Assembly (NCBI GenBank): GCA_000934665.2
Contig: KZ539032.1
Coordinates: 1 to 35,803, forward strand
Direction: 5' to 3'
From: Catajapyx aquilonaris
Lineage: Eukaryota
Length of the DNA: 35,803 bases
Position 1 is the first letter of the stretch. Each line of letters starts with the position of its first letter. Below the pieces are notes generated by a model. That model made no database searches. It had not been told where the DNA came from and was given only the letters and a program-made list of their open reading frames with translations. Shown here piece by piece: positions 33,484 through 35,803 of the stretch. The translations under genes and the position numbers were made by a program.

Positions 33484-35803
33484 TGTTATGAACCGAGGCA
33501 TCCCTTGCATCCCAGCATGAAAATAAATAATAAACGAGCCGGTTTTGTTATTAGCAAGAGCATGTCGGGCGTTTTGCGAGTGTGTGTTGCGGGCCTTGTT
33601 TTTACCCGTGTATAAGAGCAGAGGGAGGGGGATGGAGGATCATCCAGGCAATTAATTTACAGTAACATTTGTTGTCCGAAGCCAGGTTTCATAAATCGTG
33701 CGGCGTGTGTGTTAGAATCGGGGGTTGGCCAGAGGGCTTTTTCATAGCCTCAACTCTCTCTCGAATTTTTTAGGGGGGAGATCCGAGTATACCTGGGGAC
33801 GTGGCAGATATTAATTTTGGGCGCTTGACGACTCAATTAGTGCGAGGTGCGAAATAATTGAGGAGGGGGCAGCAGGCACACCCCTCCGCAGCAAGTGTTG
33901 CAGTGCTGGGTGCCTCGGTTCAAGTGCGGCACTTCGTTATGGTTTATTGTCAGGATGGTGGGTGATGCTGCAAACACCAGCACGTGCCACCCCCTCGGAT
34001 CTAAATGCTAGGAATGGGTGCTAGAGCAGACAAAAATGTTGGGGGCACAGTCCAATCAACAAGACTTCTCGTGCATGACGATGAAACTGAGCCAAATTTT
34101 TCCCAAATTGGAGTGTAACAAATACCTACGTACAATTTTTCGTAATTTCACACAATCTGCTGTAAATCTCTACACGGTATGAAATAAATCCACATTTTCT
34201 GCCCACTCGTGCTGAAGCGCACTCTAATTAATCCCCGCATCAGGTGACAAGTAGTTCTGACCCTAATTAGCAACAGAGGATGCGCACCTCTCTTCCTACA
34301 GTAGAAGCCATTTGGCCAACCTGGGCTCAGCAGCAGGCTTTCCAAAATTTTCCTGGCATATATACGCGGGACGGGGGTTGCACACTTGCACTGTAGATAG
34401 ATCAATTTCGCAACTACCAGAGTGCATAGACTCCCCCCCCCTCCCCACATCTCTCTTCTCCTTTGATGTGTTCCTGAGCTAGATACTGTGCAGAGAGAGA
34501 GGATACGGAAACCTCCAGGGAACCTACTCTTCACTCCGCCTAACTATTCCGCCCTGCGATAAAGCCCCACTATCGCAGCGCCTGCTTACTTTTTAACTCC
34601 AAACATTTTATTTTTTTAAAGCATTTTCAGTGGATAGTGTTACAATGTTCCCTTTGTAGCAAAGCTGTTAACTTGTACTAAAAGTGGGAAAGTGCTCAGC
34701 TATATATTTTTCCCCTCCGAGGAGTCTTGCCTTGTAATGTAGCAAAAGACTTGCTCAGTACATGGTTTTGTTATTATTCACAGAAACTGGTGACCTCAAG
34801 GGCACAAAAATGTTATTAAATCTATTCAAATAATAATTGGTGTTTAACGGACTCAAAAGACAAAACTGCTTACTGAATTTTTTTGGTCCAAATAAAACGA
34901 GGCCCTCCCAACGAAGGTGCTTCATGTCCAGGGCTGGAAATAAGCCTATTTACATCTCCGGATGATATTCGGGGCATGCTATAAATCTCTCGTAAGTATA
35001 TTGTGAGAGTAACAGATAGTGCGGTGGACAGGTAGTCCGGCTAGAAAACGAGCCCTTCAGGAGCGAAATAATAGGGTGTGAGCAATTCTTTACAATTCTT
35101 ATTTTTCCGCCTGAAGCCACCAGGGATCAGCCAGATGATGTGATGGTTGGAAATATAAAGGAGCAAGGGTGCTGGGGGGAGAGGGTGTTAAAAAAATCTG
35201 CTGTCTGAGTCTGCGAATGAGAATGGTGGGACCCAAAAGGACCCACGCCACTCAAGAACTATGTGGTGGTAAAATATGAGACCCACTCTTTTGTGGATTT
35301 CAAGGCACATCCCATCTTCCATTTTTTAATCTTACAAGTCTGGTTATGTATGCGTCTCAGCCTAATGAACATTGGGAAAAAAGTTTCGGACAGTCACCCT
35401 GGCCGAAACTTTATTTTGTCATTTTGGCGTCCCTGCTGTTGGAAACTCCCGCTCAGTAGATATGAACCATCGATTACGTTATCATTAGAGTCAGGCCATG
35501 TTCCAGCTTGTTGCATCACTGCCGCTATTATGATACATCTGCGGTTTTCCAATGCTATTAATTGTTTATTATATCACACAACCGAAAACCATGGGGGTAA
35601 ATATTGATCCCGGTGTCTCATTTAAACCCGAGTGTATACTTTTTTCGTCGGTGTATACGCGAGAAGACCTGTGAAAGGTGCGTTGCTTCGCTTTTGCTAC
35701 AACTGCACCCCCCTTTTGCATCGAGCGATAACACTCTAATTTGTTTCAAGAGCGTTGGGGGACAAAGAAAGATTAGCCCGGAATGTGGGGGTGGACTAAT
35801 GTA

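Noticed and set aside
1..35803. CRISPR arrays, operons, phage or defence systems
   Set aside because: No regularly spaced 25-45-bp repeats, no gene-dense coding and no prokaryotic signals; the sequence appears eukaryotic and non-coding.

Overview
This looks like non-coding genomic DNA from a eukaryote, most likely an invertebrate animal. The evidence is roughly balanced GC content, abundant CpG, many G/C and A/T homopolymers and GA-rich tracts, and a scaffold with a 225-N gap at 19634-19858. None of the supplied ORFs (60-193 aa) resembles a protein family I recognise. They overlap on both strands and are often translations of low-complexity tracts, so I call no confident CDS. I saw no tRNA, rRNA, CRISPR array or prokaryotic gene. 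The best-supported structure is a set of small non-autonomous DNA transposons (MITEs): a ~180-197 bp near-palindrome at 5722/5731-5910/5918, TA-flanked Tc1/mariner-type elements at 4230-4379, 10071-10286 and 16730-16956, and a possible family of ~70-75 bp CAGGGTG...CACCCTG elements (best copies 25369-25443 and 11095-11169). Several clusters of transcription-factor motifs also stand out: ETS-CRE plus YY1 at 3387-3491, an ordered CCAAT/GC-box/E-box/TATA set followed by a splice donor at 15142-15349, a ~13-bp-period CTGCGCA array at 32299-32373, and two CCGG-dense modules sharing 12-13-mers. The window is best read as a large intron or intergenic regulatory region. I found no convincing novel biological system; the findings below are leads, mostly of modest confidence.
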